Shown here in pieces: positions 41,465-52,117 of a stretch of 64,000 bases of DNA. A program made the translations under genes and the position numbers. The notes beneath the pieces were generated by a model, which ran no database searches, was not told the DNA's origin, and worked only from the letters and a program-made list of their open reading frames with translations. Origin of the DNA: an uncultured bacterium (GTDB lineage: Bacteria; Verrucomicrobiota; Verrucomicrobiia; Limisphaerales; UBA8199). The stretch lies in assembly GCA_963749495.1 (NCBI GenBank), contig CAVVMW010000019.1, positions 192,001 through 256,000 of the forward strand, written 5' to 3'. Every line of letters starts with the position of its first letter. Position 1 is the first letter of the stretch.

Positions 41465-42433
41465 TCAGGCCTGCCGGGTCGCAAAGCTCTTGCGCAGCAG
41501 TTCGATGCCCTTGGGGACGGCGGTGTCGGCCGGCTCCTTGCCTTCGTATTCCAGGGAGACGTAGCCGGTATAGGCGGCGTCGTTCAGGATCCCGGCGATG
41601 CGGACGTAATCCAGGTCCAGGGTGTACCATTCGCCGCCGCCGTAATAGGCCTTGGCCTGCACATAGACGGTTTTCGGAGCGACCTGCTTGAGCTTGTCGT
41701 AGGGGTCTTCCATGAAGTTGCCGGTGTCCATCAGGGCGCCCAGCCAGGGGGAGGGCACCGCCTGAACCAGGCGCAACTGGCCCTCGGGAGTGCGGCTCAG
41801 GCCCCAGTGATTCTCCAGGGCCATGACGACGCCGCATTGCTCGGCCTTGGGGATGCACTTCTCGATGCACTCGATGCACCAATTGAAACCGTCGTCCTCG
41901 GTGTGGCCGGGCAGGATCGGTTCGATGCCCCGCGCCTTCATCAGGTCGTCAAAGCTCTTGATCGTGTTCCAGCGTCCGGAGTTGAGGCGGATGGAGGGGC
42001 AGCCCAACTCGGAAGCGATTTCGAGGCACTTGTGGGTGTGCTCGACCTGCCGCTGCCGGGCGGCCGGATCTTCGAGCACAAAGTTCTGGTGGATGGAGAC
42101 GCAGACCGGGGCCACACCGTTGCGGAAGGCATGCCGCTTGAGCTTCCGCAGGTAGGCCCGATGGCCGGTGGTCAGCGGCTCGGTCTCCGGCAGGTCCATC
42201 TGCCGGTGGAGGATGTCCACCCCGCTGACTCCCAGTTCGGAGGCCTTCTCGATGACCGTTTCGATGGAGACCTTTGGGCCGCGGAAGTGCCAATAGGAAT
42301 AGGTGCAGACGCCGAGCTTGACGGGCCGGGCGCGCCCGGTTTGCACGGCCGGGGCTTCCTGCGCCCGGGCGCCCACGGCCAGACCCGCCCCCAGGCCCGC
42401 CGTGGCGGTGAGAAAAGAACGTCGGTTCATCAT
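41465..42433 (-). CDS. Tat-exported sugar phosphate isomerase/epimerase (TIM barrel)
   Basis: NRRSFL; ALENHWG, DTGNF, SLEYEG. Confidence 0.9.
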   Translation of the reverse strand: MMNRRSFLTATAGLGAGLAVGARAQEAPAVQTGRARPVKLGVCTYSYWHFRGPKVSIETVIEKASELGVSGVDILHRQMDLPETEPLTTGHRAYLRKLKRHAFRNGVAPVCVSIHQNFVLEDPAARQRQVEHTHKCLEIASELGCPSIRLNSGRWNTIKSFDDLMKARGIEPILPGHTEDDGFNWCIECIEKCIPKAEQCGVVMALENHWGLSRTPEGQLRLVQAVPSPWLGALMDTGNFMEDPYDKLKQVAPKTVYVQAKAYYGGGEWYTLDLDYVRIAGILNDAAYTGYVSLEYEGKEPADTAVPKGIELLRKSFATRQA

Positions 42434-42511
42434 AACGTTTGAGAGTTGACGAGACATCCTAAGTCCAGGCGCCGGGGAAATAAAGAGGGATTTGCCAGCA
42501 TTGGAGTCAGG

Positions 42512-42730
42512 GGGCGCATCTCACCTTTGTCGAGCCTGGCCGAAAACTGCGATTGGAGTGCCCGTCCGGAGTCGCGAAGCGTTTTGGACTGTGGCAGTCC
42601 TCCGCCGCTTTTCGGACCCTGGGGACGCGAAAGCGCCAGAGGACTGGCGCAGTCCAAAACCATGCGGGCTTCCCTGCGCCGCGCTCCAATTGCCCGTCTT
42701 GCCGAAGGCCGACAAAGGTGAGATGCGCCC
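42512..42730. mobile_element. MITE-like element with perfect 21-bp TIR enclosing a family D palindrome
   Basis: GGGCGCATCTCACCTTTGTCG / CGACAAAGGTGAGATGCGCCC; flanks share only TCAGG. Confidence 0.75.
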
Positions 42731-42735
42731 GGGGT

Positions 42736-43548
42736 TCAGGGCGCCCGGCGCAGGGCCTTGAGGAACCGCCGGACGCCGCTGTCCAGGAAATCCAGTTCGG
42801 TGCCGGTCATGAGGAATTGGAAGCCCTGGGCGTGGAAGCGGCGCACCTCCTGGGGCGTGCGGGCGGGCCTGCCCAGGACCTTGCCGTGGCGTTTGGCGGC
42901 GGCCGCGATTTTCGCCACCGCGGCATCCAGGCGCCGATCCTGTTGCAGGCCGCGCAGGCCCATCGAGAAGGAGAGATCGCTGGTGCCGATGAAGAGGACG
43001 TCAAGTCCGGGCGTTGCCGCGATTTCATCGATGCGCTCCAACCCCTCGACATCCTCGATCATCGCGACGACCAGGGCATTTGCATCGGCAAAATCGTAGT
43101 AGTTCTCCGGCTCAGGCCAGCGGAACCGGGCCAGGTCGGCCCCCGAGCCGCGCAGGCCGCGCGGGGGATAGCGGCAGGCGGCGACGGCGCGCCGGGCCAG
43201 GTCCGGACTGCTGGTGAAGGGAAAAATCACCCCCAGCACTCCCATGTCCAGCAGGCGTTTGGCCGTCCAGAGCTCGTTCACAGGCGGACGGCCAATCGGC
43301 ACGGCCGGCAGGCCCCGAGTGGCCAGGACGATGTTGCGGACCGTCTCGAGGGACAGCGGGGAGTGCTCCATCTCCAGCCAGAGGAAATCGAACCCGAGCA
43401 TGGCCAGGCGCGCGGCGATTTCCACGTTGTTGGTGGAGATGACGACGCCCAGGGCCGGCTCGCCTTTGCGGAGCAACTCTTTGAGCGGGTTGCCGCAGGC
43501 GGCGGCGCCGGGGCGGGATCGTGGTTTGTTGGATTTGATGACCTGCAT
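42736..43548 (-). CDS. HpcH/HpaI aldolase family
   Basis: GFDFLWLEMEH, RYPPRGLRG, AMIE, LFIGTSDLS; start uncertain. Confidence 0.9.
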   Translation of the reverse strand: MQVIKSNKPRSRPGAAACGNPLKELLRKGEPALGVVISTNNVEIAARLAMLGFDFLWLEMEHSPLSLETVRNIVLATRGLPAVPIGRPPVNELWTAKRLLDMGVLGVIFPFTSSPDLARRAVAACRYPPRGLRGSGADLARFRWPEPENYYDFADANALVVAMIEDVEGLERIDEIAATPGLDVLFIGTSDLSFSMGLRGLQQDRRLDAAVAKIAAAAKRHGKVLGRPARTPQEVRRFHAQGFQFLMTGTELDFLDSGVRRFLKALRRAP

Positions 43549-43647
43549 TTGCTGGAGTAATCGTGTTCCCAAGTTATGTAGCACGCGCGCGCCCTTCCTG
43601 CTTCCAGTATCGTCTATTGGACAATTTCGAATTCGCGCAACCCTCTC

Positions 43648-44700
43648 TCAGGGGCGCGGCGGGGCCTCCGGCACGGAATCGGCCGGGACGAGGAACAAGC
43701 GGTATTGGGCAGTGAGCCTGGTGCGCGCCGGCACCCAGCGGTAGCCGGGCACGCCGAACAACCTGCCGCGCTGGATCATGGCGCGCCGTGATTCGGGAAA
43801 CGGAGAGGCGCCGAATTCCATCCCGCGTGTGATGGTGACGCCGTTCCAGGGCGGGGATGTCCTGGAGCGGTTCTCTTCCCAGATCCCCAGCCAGGGGAAG
43901 TCGCTTTGCTTCCAAGCGTAGCCGAAGGCAAACCGGTGCGTCGGACTCCAGGCGGCAAACCAGGCCTCCTGCCGCGCCGGGTCCATCAGGTGTGTCGTGA
44001 ACGCCCCGGATACAGGCCGGTTGGTGAATACCCGCATGTCCTCGACGCCGCCATCCGCGCGCGGCACCATGGGCCAGTCGAATTCGGCCCCGGCCTGCAT
44101 GTAGCCTTTGCCGCCGGTGAAGTCGGCCTCGACGACCTTCGAGCGCGTGGCGGTCGCGCGGAATTGGGTGCGCCCCGTTTCGAGGAACGGCGGCCCCAGC
44201 GTCGCGTGCTCGGTCCAGGCGACAGGGCGGTCCCACGCCGAGAGGTTCTCGACGGTCTCCTGGATGGTGGCCGTGCGCGCGGCGGCGGCCAAACGAATCC
44301 GGCGCGTGAACCGCAGCCGCGCCTCGGCGAGCACCACGCTCTGGCTGAGCGTGTCGCCGGCGACCTCCAGGCTGTGCGGCAGAACCGAGGCCTCGCCATG
44401 CACGGTCATCCCGGCGGCCGCCTCGGACTCCGTGGGCCCGCCGAAGGTGTCCAGGCAGAGGTTGTGCCCGAGAATGCCCGCCAGGAGCTTGCTCTCCGAA
44501 TCGCTCCCATACTGGCGATGCCTGGCCGGATCGAACTGCGAAGGCTCCATGCTCGGCCAGGGCGGGCTCCAAAGCGGGTTCAGGCCCGTCGCTTTGTCCA
44601 GGACGGCGGCGATGTGCCCGCCTTCGACCGTCACGATGATTTGCAATGTCCCGTTGTCCAGGGCGCAGGCGCGCCGGCCCCGATATTGGATTTCATTCAT
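43648..44700 (-). CDS. Galactose-mutarotase-like (DUF4432-like) protein
   Basis: HGEA, WTEHATLG, FPWLGIW, GMEFG. Confidence 0.75.
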   Translation of the reverse strand: MNEIQYRGRRACALDNGTLQIIVTVEGGHIAAVLDKATGLNPLWSPPWPSMEPSQFDPARHRQYGSDSESKLLAGILGHNLCLDTFGGPTESEAAAGMTVHGEASVLPHSLEVAGDTLSQSVVLAEARLRFTRRIRLAAAARTATIQETVENLSAWDRPVAWTEHATLGPPFLETGRTQFRATATRSKVVEADFTGGKGYMQAGAEFDWPMVPRADGGVEDMRVFTNRPVSGAFTTHLMDPARQEAWFAAWSPTHRFAFGYAWKQSDFPWLGIWEENRSRTSPPWNGVTITRGMEFGASPFPESRRAMIQRGRLFGVPGYRWVPARTRLTAQYRLFLVPADSVPEAPPRP

Positions 44701-44754
44701 AGGACAAGTATGTGGCCCGATGCGAACAAGAAGGCAAGGGACAAAAGGGATGCG

Positions 44755-44790
44755 AGCTATCGGCTATTGGCTATCGGCTATCGGCTATTG
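44755..44790. repeat. (GCTATYG)5 heptamer array
   Basis: GCTATCGGCTATTGGCTATCGGCTATCGGCTATTGG. Confidence 0.9.
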
Positions 44791-44881
44791 GGGACGAACG
44801 GGACGCGAGGGCGCGCCGTTAACCTCCGGCTCTTGCTCTCCCACCCCTTGCCAAGACCCGCGACACGGGTTACGTAAATGC

Positions 44882-45668
44882 ATGTTCACCGTAACTGCCA
44901 ACACCATTCTCCCTTGCACCGTCACCGGTTCCTGGCCCCGCCCGCGCTGGTTCGACGCCAGCATGTGGGGCCGGCCCTGGACACCTGCATGCTCAACGTC
45001 CGTTTCCGCGAGAAGTATCAGGATGCCCTGGCCACCGTCATCAGCGACCAGGAACGCGCCGGCCTGGACATTCTCACCCACGGCGACCTGCACTGCGACG
45101 ACAACCTGGCGGGCCGTTCCTGGCACCATTACCCGCTCCAGCGCTGGGCGGTGTTTAGCGGCGATTACCTGCAGTCCGAGGCCACCCGCTCCCCGTGGCT
45201 GCGCTATCCGCCCGGCACACTGCTCAACGAAGGAAGATCTGCATCGGCGCCGTCAGCCACCGCTCACTCCAAGTCGAACGGGCCGATAACGTCGCCGCCA
45301 CCATCCGCCAGGCCCTCAAGCACATCGCCCCGGAGCAGCTTATCGTCTCGAGCGACTGCGGCTTGGGCCGCCAGGGCTGCAACCGCGAGATCGCCTTCTT
45401 CAAGAGCGTCGCCATCGCCCAGGGCACCAATATCGTCCGCCGCGAACTGGGCCTGCCCCAGACTGCCGTGCGCGCCGCCGACCCGGCCCTCCAAACCGAC
45501 ATCGTCCCCAAAGCGGAGGCTCCGCCCGCGAGCGGCCAGCCGACGGTTTCTGTGGCCGTGAAGCGCGGGGGCGGCCGAAATGCACGACGCCCAGCGATGA
45601 GCGTCAGCGCGCCACGAAAAGGACGGCAGGCTTGGTTGAAGGACCGGCAAGGGGGTTCGAAAGTCTAA
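44882..45668 (+). pseudogene. Cobalamin-independent methionine synthase II family remnant with large internal deletion
   Basis: N-terminal TVTGSWPRP, DQERAGLDILTHGD joined out of frame near 45230 to C-terminal IGAVSHRSLQVE..SSDCGLG; central HxC region absent. Confidence 0.8.
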
Positions 45669-45695
45669 ACTCAAGTGTTACGTGGCAAGCCCACC

Positions 45696-45964
45696 GGGTG
45701 CGATAAAAGCGTCGGGCATGCGCCTCGGGAGTTTTGTCCCGGAGGGACATCTGACAATAGCCCGGCGTTTCAACGCCGGGGAGGCCACAAAAGGGACCCT
45801 CGTCCCGAAGGGACGACTGAGAACACTCGTTGCTTTCAGCCGTCCCTTCGGGACGGACCTGCTCCTTGGGTCCGCTCACCCGGCGTTGAAACGCCGGGCT
45901 ATTGTCGGAAGCCCCTTCGGGGCAGAAAGGCGCCGTGGGCTGACCGAGAATTTTAATCGCACCC
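45696..45964. mobile_element. Second copy of the TIR/TSD MITE (inverted relative to 25090)
   Basis: GGGTGCGATAAAA / TTTTAATCGCACCC; AGCCCACC duplicated at 45688-45695 and 45965-45972. Confidence 0.85.
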
Positions 45965-45986
45965 AGCCCACCGGGTGCCCTCGGCA

Positions 45987-46046
45987 CTCGACCCTCGACC
46001 CTCGACCCTCGACACTCCTGTCTGGATATTCTTAAGCCAAGGTCTA
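45987..46046. repeat. (CTCGACC)n array with conserved tail
   Basis: CCCTCGACCCTCGACACTCCTGTC..TCTT..CCAAGGTCTA is shared with 56255-56307. Confidence 0.75.
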
Positions 46047-46057
46047 TAAAGGTGGCC

Positions 46058-48544
46058 ATGCCTTTGAAACGCCATCTTTTTCGGGGGGCCTGCTGGCTGG
46101 CCTCATCACTGGCACTGGCACGGGCTGCCGCGGAGTCCACGCCCCCAGGCGCTTGGCCTGGTGTCACCCTGGCCCAGCCTCGAGAAGTCGAGTTGGACGG
46201 GGCCGTGGGCGGGGCGTTTCTCGGCGGCGTCCAACGCCTGGCCCTGCCGCCTTACACCAAAGATTGGCTCCTGGCGGATGTCTCCTTCAAAGTCAACCGC
46301 ATTTTCACCAATTACAGCGGCGATGTCTCCGGACGCTTCCTCGAGTTGGCCTCGTTGACCAGCCCGTCCGGGCGCCCGGCCCCGGCCACGCTGCGGCCTG
46401 TGGCTGCCGAGATTTGCCGCTACCAAAAGGCGGACGGCCATTTCGGTCTCGAAATGGACTTCGACAAGCCGATGGGGAGGCTCGCGCCGCCGATCCCGAT
46501 GCTTTGGGGCAATGGGCGCTTGTTGGTGGGCCTGGTCACGGCCGCCCGCGAACTCAACGACACCAACCTGCTGGCCGCGGCGCGGCGGCTGGGCGATTTC
46601 TACGTGTCAACCACCAACGTCTTTTGCTCCCCGGCGCGCGAGGCCGAGCTGAAGGCCACCGGCACGGGGGGCGACGGCTACACGTGCTGTTATTTCCCGG
46701 GCATCGAGGGCCTGGCGCTGCTCTATCGCGCCACTCACGAGCCGCGCTACCTCGAACAGGCCGAGCGAATGGCCGAGTGGTTCAGGAAGTTCGACGCCCT
46801 GCCCACCGATCATAGCCATGGCAATCTCTGCGCCTGGCGCGGCATCCTCGAACTCTACCAACTCACCGGCCGGCGCGATTACCTCGAACGGGCCCTGGCC
46901 AAGTGGAAGGCCGCCGTGGAAAATGGATTCGTCTGGACGCTCGGCGGCATAGGTGAGCACTGGTATGTGTTTCATACCGGCGACGAGGGGTGCAGCGAGT
47001 CGGACTGGCTGCGGTTTAACCTCGAACTGTGGCGCGATACCGGCGAGACGCGCTTTCTCGACCTCGCCGAGCGGTTGCTTCGGAACCAGTATGCCGCCAA
47101 CCAGTGCCCGAATGGCGGCTACGGCTGGCGCCCATTCGACGGCGAGGCCGGCGTCGGGCCGATCGGCACGCGCGGCGCCGTCGAGGAATGGAACTTCTGT
47201 TGCAGCTTCCATGGCCCGCTCGGATTGCACTTCCTCAGGGCCTATCTGGCCGCCGGCTCCGAGCGCGGTGTGTTCGTCAATTTCCCGCTCGACTTCCGCG
47301 GCACCGTCAAGAGCGGCGGGCACGACTGGCGCGTGGCAGTCCGCACTCTGCCTGCGGCGCGCGCACAGGAGTTCCAGTTCGAGGTCGAGTTGGCCCCGGC
47401 AGCCACGGCCCGGGCCGCTCGAACCACGCTCTGGTTGCGTCGCCCGGAATGGGCGCTGGACGTCAAGGTATTGGGCGCCGGCCCTGACTACGCGCCGATC
47501 CCGTTCACCGAGGAGAGCGGCTATCTCAAGGTGACGCGCCAGTTCAAGGCGGGCGAAATACTGCGCGCGGTCTTCCAAACGGGGCTGCGTCTCGAAGGGC
47601 GGCGCTTCCAACAGGTCCGTGTCGAGCCTGGCCGGTTGACGCGTCTGCAGGACGTGGCGTTGTTGGACGGGCCCGAGGTGCTGTTTGCCGCGCCGGCGTC
47701 GGCGTCGGGCCGGATGAGCCTCTTGGCGCAGGTGGACGCCAAAGGGCGGGTGCGTTTCTGGGAGTCTGCCCAGGGCGGGCGGGTCACGGTGGTGTTGCCC
47801 AGCCTGGAGGCCACGCCACAGCAGATTGCCGCCGCCCTCGACTCGGCGCGGCCCGTCGCGCTCCGGCCTGAGTCTGCCCTCCACACACAGCGCCGGGCCA
47901 CCTTCGCGCACGACGTGGTCGTAGTGCCCGCCGAGCAACTCCCGGCGCCGGCCCTGGCCAGGTTCCAGGCGCGCGCGGCCCATGCCCTCGAAACCCAGTC
48001 CGGCCCATTTTTTGGCGAGCGCATGGAGAACAACCCGGAGGCCTGGCTCGGCGCCGGCGGCTGGGATTTCGGGACCAACGGACTGCGCGTCACCGGCGGC
48101 GACATCGGCCTGCTCGACGGCCAGGGCTATGCCGATTACCGGTTCGAATTCGACCTCGAACTCCCCATGGCCGGCCAGGGCATCACCGGCTGGGTCGTGC
48201 GCGCCGCCGACCCCAACAACTGCCTGATGTTCCAGATCCAGAGCGCCGACTCGACCTTCAACGCGCCCGAATTCAAGACCCGCCCCAACACGCTGCGCCC
48301 TCACTCCCGCCTCAACGGCCAGTGGACCATCGCCGACCCGTTGCCGCTGCCCAAGGAATTGCGCCGCGGGGAATCGCACCATATCGCCGTCGAGTGCCGC
48401 GGCCCGCAGATCACCGTCTTTCTCGACGGCGACAAGGTCTATTCCGGGGACGATGCCGGCTTGCGCAGCGGCGCAGTCGGTTTCCGCGCCGCCGCGCCGC
48501 CCGAACAGGGGGTGTTCCGGAATGTGGCGCTGAGGAAGCTGTGA
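46058..48544 (+). CDS. GH127/GH146-like beta-L-arabinofuranosidase-type hydrolase with C-terminal DUF1080-like domain
   Basis: Signal peptide; GGIGE, EGC, FCC motifs; DYRFEFD, VECRGPQITVFLDG, GAVGF. Confidence 0.82.
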   Translation: MPLKRHLFRGACWLASSLALARAAAESTPPGAWPGVTLAQPREVELDGAVGGAFLGGVQRLALPPYTKDWLLADVSFKVNRIFTNYSGDVSGRFLELASLTSPSGRPAPATLRPVAAEICRYQKADGHFGLEMDFDKPMGRLAPPIPMLWGNGRLLVGLVTAARELNDTNLLAAARRLGDFYVSTTNVFCSPAREAELKATGTGGDGYTCCYFPGIEGLALLYRATHEPRYLEQAERMAEWFRKFDALPTDHSHGNLCAWRGILELYQLTGRRDYLERALAKWKAAVENGFVWTLGGIGEHWYVFHTGDEGCSESDWLRFNLELWRDTGETRFLDLAERLLRNQYAANQCPNGGYGWRPFDGEAGVGPIGTRGAVEEWNFCCSFHGPLGLHFLRAYLAAGSERGVFVNFPLDFRGTVKSGGHDWRVAVRTLPAARAQEFQFEVELAPAATARAARTTLWLRRPEWALDVKVLGAGPDYAPIPFTEESGYLKVTRQFKAGEILRAVFQTGLRLEGRRFQQVRVEPGRLTRLQDVALLDGPEVLFAAPASASGRMSLLAQVDAKGRVRFWESAQGGRVTVVLPSLEATPQQIAAALDSARPVALRPESALHTQRRATFAHDVVVVPAEQLPAPALARFQARAAHALETQSGPFFGERMENNPEAWLGAGGWDFGTNGLRVTGGDIGLLDGQGYADYRFEFDLELPMAGQGITGWVVRAADPNNCLMFQIQSADSTFNAPEFKTRPNTLRPHSRLNGQWTIADPLPLPKELRRGESHHIAVECRGPQITVFLDGDKVYSGDDAGLRSGAVGFRAAAPPEQGVFRNVALRKL

Positions 48545-48570
48545 CTCAGCGCAGCAGAGGGAAGCTGAGG

Positions 48571-50824
48571 CTACGGCGAGCCTTCCAACCTGCTCCGATA
48601 CGTCCCCAGGTCGGCGTCGGTCACGTCCTCTGGCGGGACGAGTTTGTAATGCTTTTCGGAGGAAATAGTAACGCCGTCTTCACCGGACTCGAATTCAAAA
48701 AGTGCGATGACTCCTTCGTCCATAAACTGCGCCGCGATGGGCCTGCAGACCAGCAGCGGGAACTTCCTCGCGCAGACGGCGAAGTCCTGCTCGATCTGTA
48801 CGATGTTAAGCTTGTCTTTGCCGCCCTTGGCTTGGATCGGGAACACATAGTGCGCGCCCTTCTTGTCCAGGCCGACGTACAGCTCATCGGTCTCGACCTG
48901 GCCCATTTCAGGAACCGTGGTGCGAAGATGGTTTTGAAGCGAATAGCACGTGACGCCGGTGAATATGTCCACCAGCCTGTTGTATCTCACTTTCGCAAGC
49001 AGCGCTTGTTCATCGTTGAAAGCGTACTTCGCCACAATCCCAGGCGTAGCGTCAGGGACCTTCGTGACAGCCAGGCGCTCGTTGGCAAGGATTGAAGTGC
49101 TCTTGACGAGAGCAAAAGTGTATCTGCTTCGTCCGGCCGGCCGAATGATCCAGATCTCGTGCTCCCCGGCGAGGGATGTAATTGTTTGAGGCAGCAGAGC
49201 CCGATACCTGAAACTGTAAACCAGATCGCCAAGGTTCTTGGGCAGTTTAACCTTCAGTTTCGATGCGACCCGCTCCATCTCCTCTCGCTCGAACGACACT
49301 TCACGCATGCCGCTTTGATACTTGGAGAAGAAGATCTTCTCTATAATGACCGAGTACCGGTTGGTTCTCCTGGATGGCTTTGGAGAAGGCTGTTCTCGCA
49401 TGCTTCCTTGGATTGGCTCTTCTTTCATAATCATAGCGCTGGACGTGGGTTGCTGGGGCCAACCGCTGATCCTGGTGGGGCCGGGCCAGCGGAGGACGAC
49501 AACTTCCTCGCGAAGCTGCTCTCTAGTGGCAGTTGCCAAGCGGGTCCGGAACAGGTCAATGCCGCCGACTTCGTATCCAACGGACCGCGCGAGGTCAGCC
49601 AAGAGCCGGCCCGTTCGTATCATCACGCGCAGATACGATGCCTGGTCCCCCACAACGTACGCCAATTTCGCGCCAGGGCGGAGGACAGAGCGAAGGTCCA
49701 TAAGGTGACGCAGCATCCCACCAAAGTACAGCTTTGTGACGCGGGCGTACAGCCTCTCAAATCCGGACGTTTTGCCGAGTTCGATCCGGCGCCGCTCGAT
49801 AGAGTCAGCGATCCGCTGGATCTTCTTCATGATCGGCCACCACGCGGTCGTCAGTATCGCTCTTGTAAACACTCCGGGTGTTCGAGCGGACCAAGCTCTG
49901 CTTGAGGCGCCGCAGATCGTCTTTGCTCTTGATGAAGCCAAGCAGCACGGACTCCAGCCGTGTCGTACGAGTATAGTCCTTTTCGTTCGGGTAAGGCGGA
50001 GATGTTATTACCGCGTCAATTGACCCGGGGCGGAGCACCAGCGCTAAATCCCGGGCGTCGGCTTGATAAACGACCCCCGGCGTTGCGGCGCTCTGGCGGA
50101 GGCGGTCCAGGTCGGCGGCAATGCTCTTGACCCCGCGTAGCCATGGGCCTATAACAGGAGCATCAGGCTTGATCGAGCCGACGCCTATCTCCGGGCCAAA
50201 GTGCAAATTGCTGATTTCATTCACTAGACTCCTTGCGAGAGCCAGTCGCTCGTGCGCAATCAGGCGTGGGTCCTGGTTTTCCTCCAGTGTCTCCAACAGG
50301 ACCAGAGTCTTGTGAAGAGGAAGGGGGCTGATGGAACCGGTCAGCAGCAGCTTCAGAACGTCCGGCGTGAGTGTCCTAAGCTGAGGGAGAGTTCTTTGTC
50401 TGGGCTCGAAAAGGGGAAGCCCCCCTTCATCCTCGATTCCTTGGCAGGCGAACTGATCTGAGGCGAGGTTCGCGATGTGCTTGGCGTGGGCAGTGAGGTC
50501 CTGGGGGTCGAGGTCCCAGTCGAGTTTGGTGCGGCTGGCGAATGAGGCCATCGGATTGGGTTCAATTCCGCAACTCGGGATCCCGAGCTTTTTGCACTCG
50601 ACCAGAGTAGTGCCTGTGCCGCAAAAGGGGTCCAGGACGCTGTTTCCCGGCCCCAGGCCGAAGCTGCCGATATAGTTCCTGACCAAATGGGGTGGAAAAG
50701 ACAGGACGAACCGATACCAGTCGTGGGCCGCGCGATCCTCGATGCGAAGCTTGTTGTCCTCGCGCGGCCCCTGCAGAACGCCGCGCGGATCCTCTTGGAC
50801 TTCAAAATCGGCCGGGTTTGTCAT
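48571..50824 (-). CDS. N4-cytosine DNA methyltransferase (alpha motif order) in frame with a PD-(D/E)XK-like endonuclease; one frameshift near 49825
   Basis: DPFCGTGTT then ITSPPY; MTase C-terminus (VVGDQ..LREEVVVLRWP) reads without a stop into LPKNLGDLVYSFRYR..QVETDELY..PIQAKG; the endonuclease may start separately at about 49430. Confidence 0.8.
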
Positions 50825-51087
50825 CGTCGAGCAACCTTAAAAGGAACTGTGATTTTCCGCCAGTCAATTGATTGTCCTGGGCTGGCTTGGGGCGCATCCT
50901 GACAATGCCCCCTGAACAATGGCAACGTCACCGGGAGCGCAGGCACCCTTGCCGGTGTTTTCGGCTATTTCGCGCTCGCCTGCAAGGACGCGCGCTTTCC
51001 CGCCGTGTCGGGAGCGCACTCCAAAACGCTGGGGTTCCCTCCCCCGCCCAGTCGTGTCCGGCCCTTCGCCACTTTGCGGCGCCAGCC

Positions 51088-51255
51088 CTATGGGGCGTGG
51101 CCGGCGCCGGAGTCTGCTTTGGCTGGTGCTGGTGGATGGGCAGCGAGGGCCGGGACATTCGACGGCGCAGTCGGTTTCCGCGCCGCCGGGCCGCCCGAGG
51201 CGGGGGTGTTCCGGAATATGGCGCTGCGCAAATTGTGACTCGGCGCGGCAGCGGG
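51088..51255. repeat. Back-to-back diverged copies of the nuoN 3' end (-, 51088-51168) and the GH127 gene 3' end (+, 51163-51255)
   Basis: APSNVPALAAHPPAPAKADSGAGHAP* vs nuoN APSNVPALAAHPSAPAKAEAGAGQAP*; GAVGFRAAGPPEAGVFRNMALRKL* vs 48470-48544. Confidence 0.92.
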
Positions 51256-51351
51256 GGGCCGGGAGCACCTGCGATAGGGATGATCTGCGATGTAGTCGGT
51301 TGGCCAGAAGGCGCTTCCCATGGGGACAGGGCGATGGTATTCTTCCGGCGT

Positions 51352-51603
51352 ATGTTGACGGAGTACCTGCGATTGGCCATGGCGAAGGCCCATTATGAGC
51401 TGCTCGGGGAGGGAGAGGGGTTTTACGGTGAGATCCGCGGTTTTCAAGGGGTGTTGGCCCAAGCGGACACCCTGGAAGCATGCCGCGAGAAGTTGGCCGG
51501 CACGCTCGAGGATTGGTTGCTTTTTCGCATCTCGCGCCATCTGCCCATGCCGCCGCTCGGGGGATTGGACCTGACCGTAAGACAGGTCGAGGAGCCGGCC
51601 TGA
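51352..51603 (+). CDS. hicB: HicB-family antitoxin
   Basis: MLTEYLRLAMAKAHYELL..FYGEIRGFQGVLAQADTLEACRE. Confidence 0.9.
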   Translation: MLTEYLRLAMAKAHYELLGEGEGFYGEIRGFQGVLAQADTLEACREKLAGTLEDWLLFRISRHLPMPPLGGLDLTVRQVEEPA

Positions 51604-51647
51604 TGCATCGCTTTGGCCCGATCAAGCGGCGTGAACTCATCGCCTGA
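51603..51647 (+). pseudogene. hicA: HicA toxin N-terminal stub
   Basis: TGATG-coupled MHRFGPIKRRELIA*. Confidence 0.7.
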
Positions 51648-51658
51648 CTATGTCGGCA

Positions 51659-52117
51659 TCAGGTTAGAAGACGCGAATCGAAGGCAAAGTCGGCAGGTTG
51701 GCCGATGGCGATCTTTGTGAAATCGGGATGGGCCGGATTGAGCACGTAGTTCGCTTCGCCTTGGATGATGACGCTCGGCACCGCCAGGATCGCGGAGCGC
51801 AGTGCGCGTGCCCATTCGTCACCGAGTTGCCGGGTGGAGAGCGGGGGAGGTTCCAGCTTCCAGTCGGCTGGCAACGAAGCCAGTGTCAGCCTTTCGACCA
51901 AACCCTGGTCGAACTCGATCCGTATGATCCTGTAATTGAACCTCACCTGGGGATTCAGGTGAACCAGCGTCTCCAACGCTGCCAGGGAGCAGGTCGCGCT
52001 GGCATAAACGACCGCCACTCCCCGCGAGTTCCAGCGGCCCCCGGTCTTGGCGGCTCCTTCACCGGAGAAGGCCGTGGCAACGTGCTTCTCCTTCACCATG
52101 CGCCAGGCTTCCGACAT
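51659..52117 (-). CDS. RES-domain toxin
   Basis: FSGEGA..GGRWN, SLAALE, VPSVII..NYVLNPAH, FDSRL. Confidence 0.93.
   Translation of the reverse strand: MSEAWRMVKEKHVATAFSGEGAAKTGGRWNSRGVAVVYASATCSLAALETLVHLNPQVRFNYRIIRIEFDQGLVERLTLASLPADWKLEPPPLSTRQLGDEWARALRSAILAVPSVIIQGEANYVLNPAHPDFTKIAIGQPADFAFDSRLLT

Noticed and set aside
51088..51255. Diversity-generating retroelement TR/VR pair
   Set aside because: Differences are at third codon positions of all base types rather than adenine-specific, and no reverse transcriptase is in the window.
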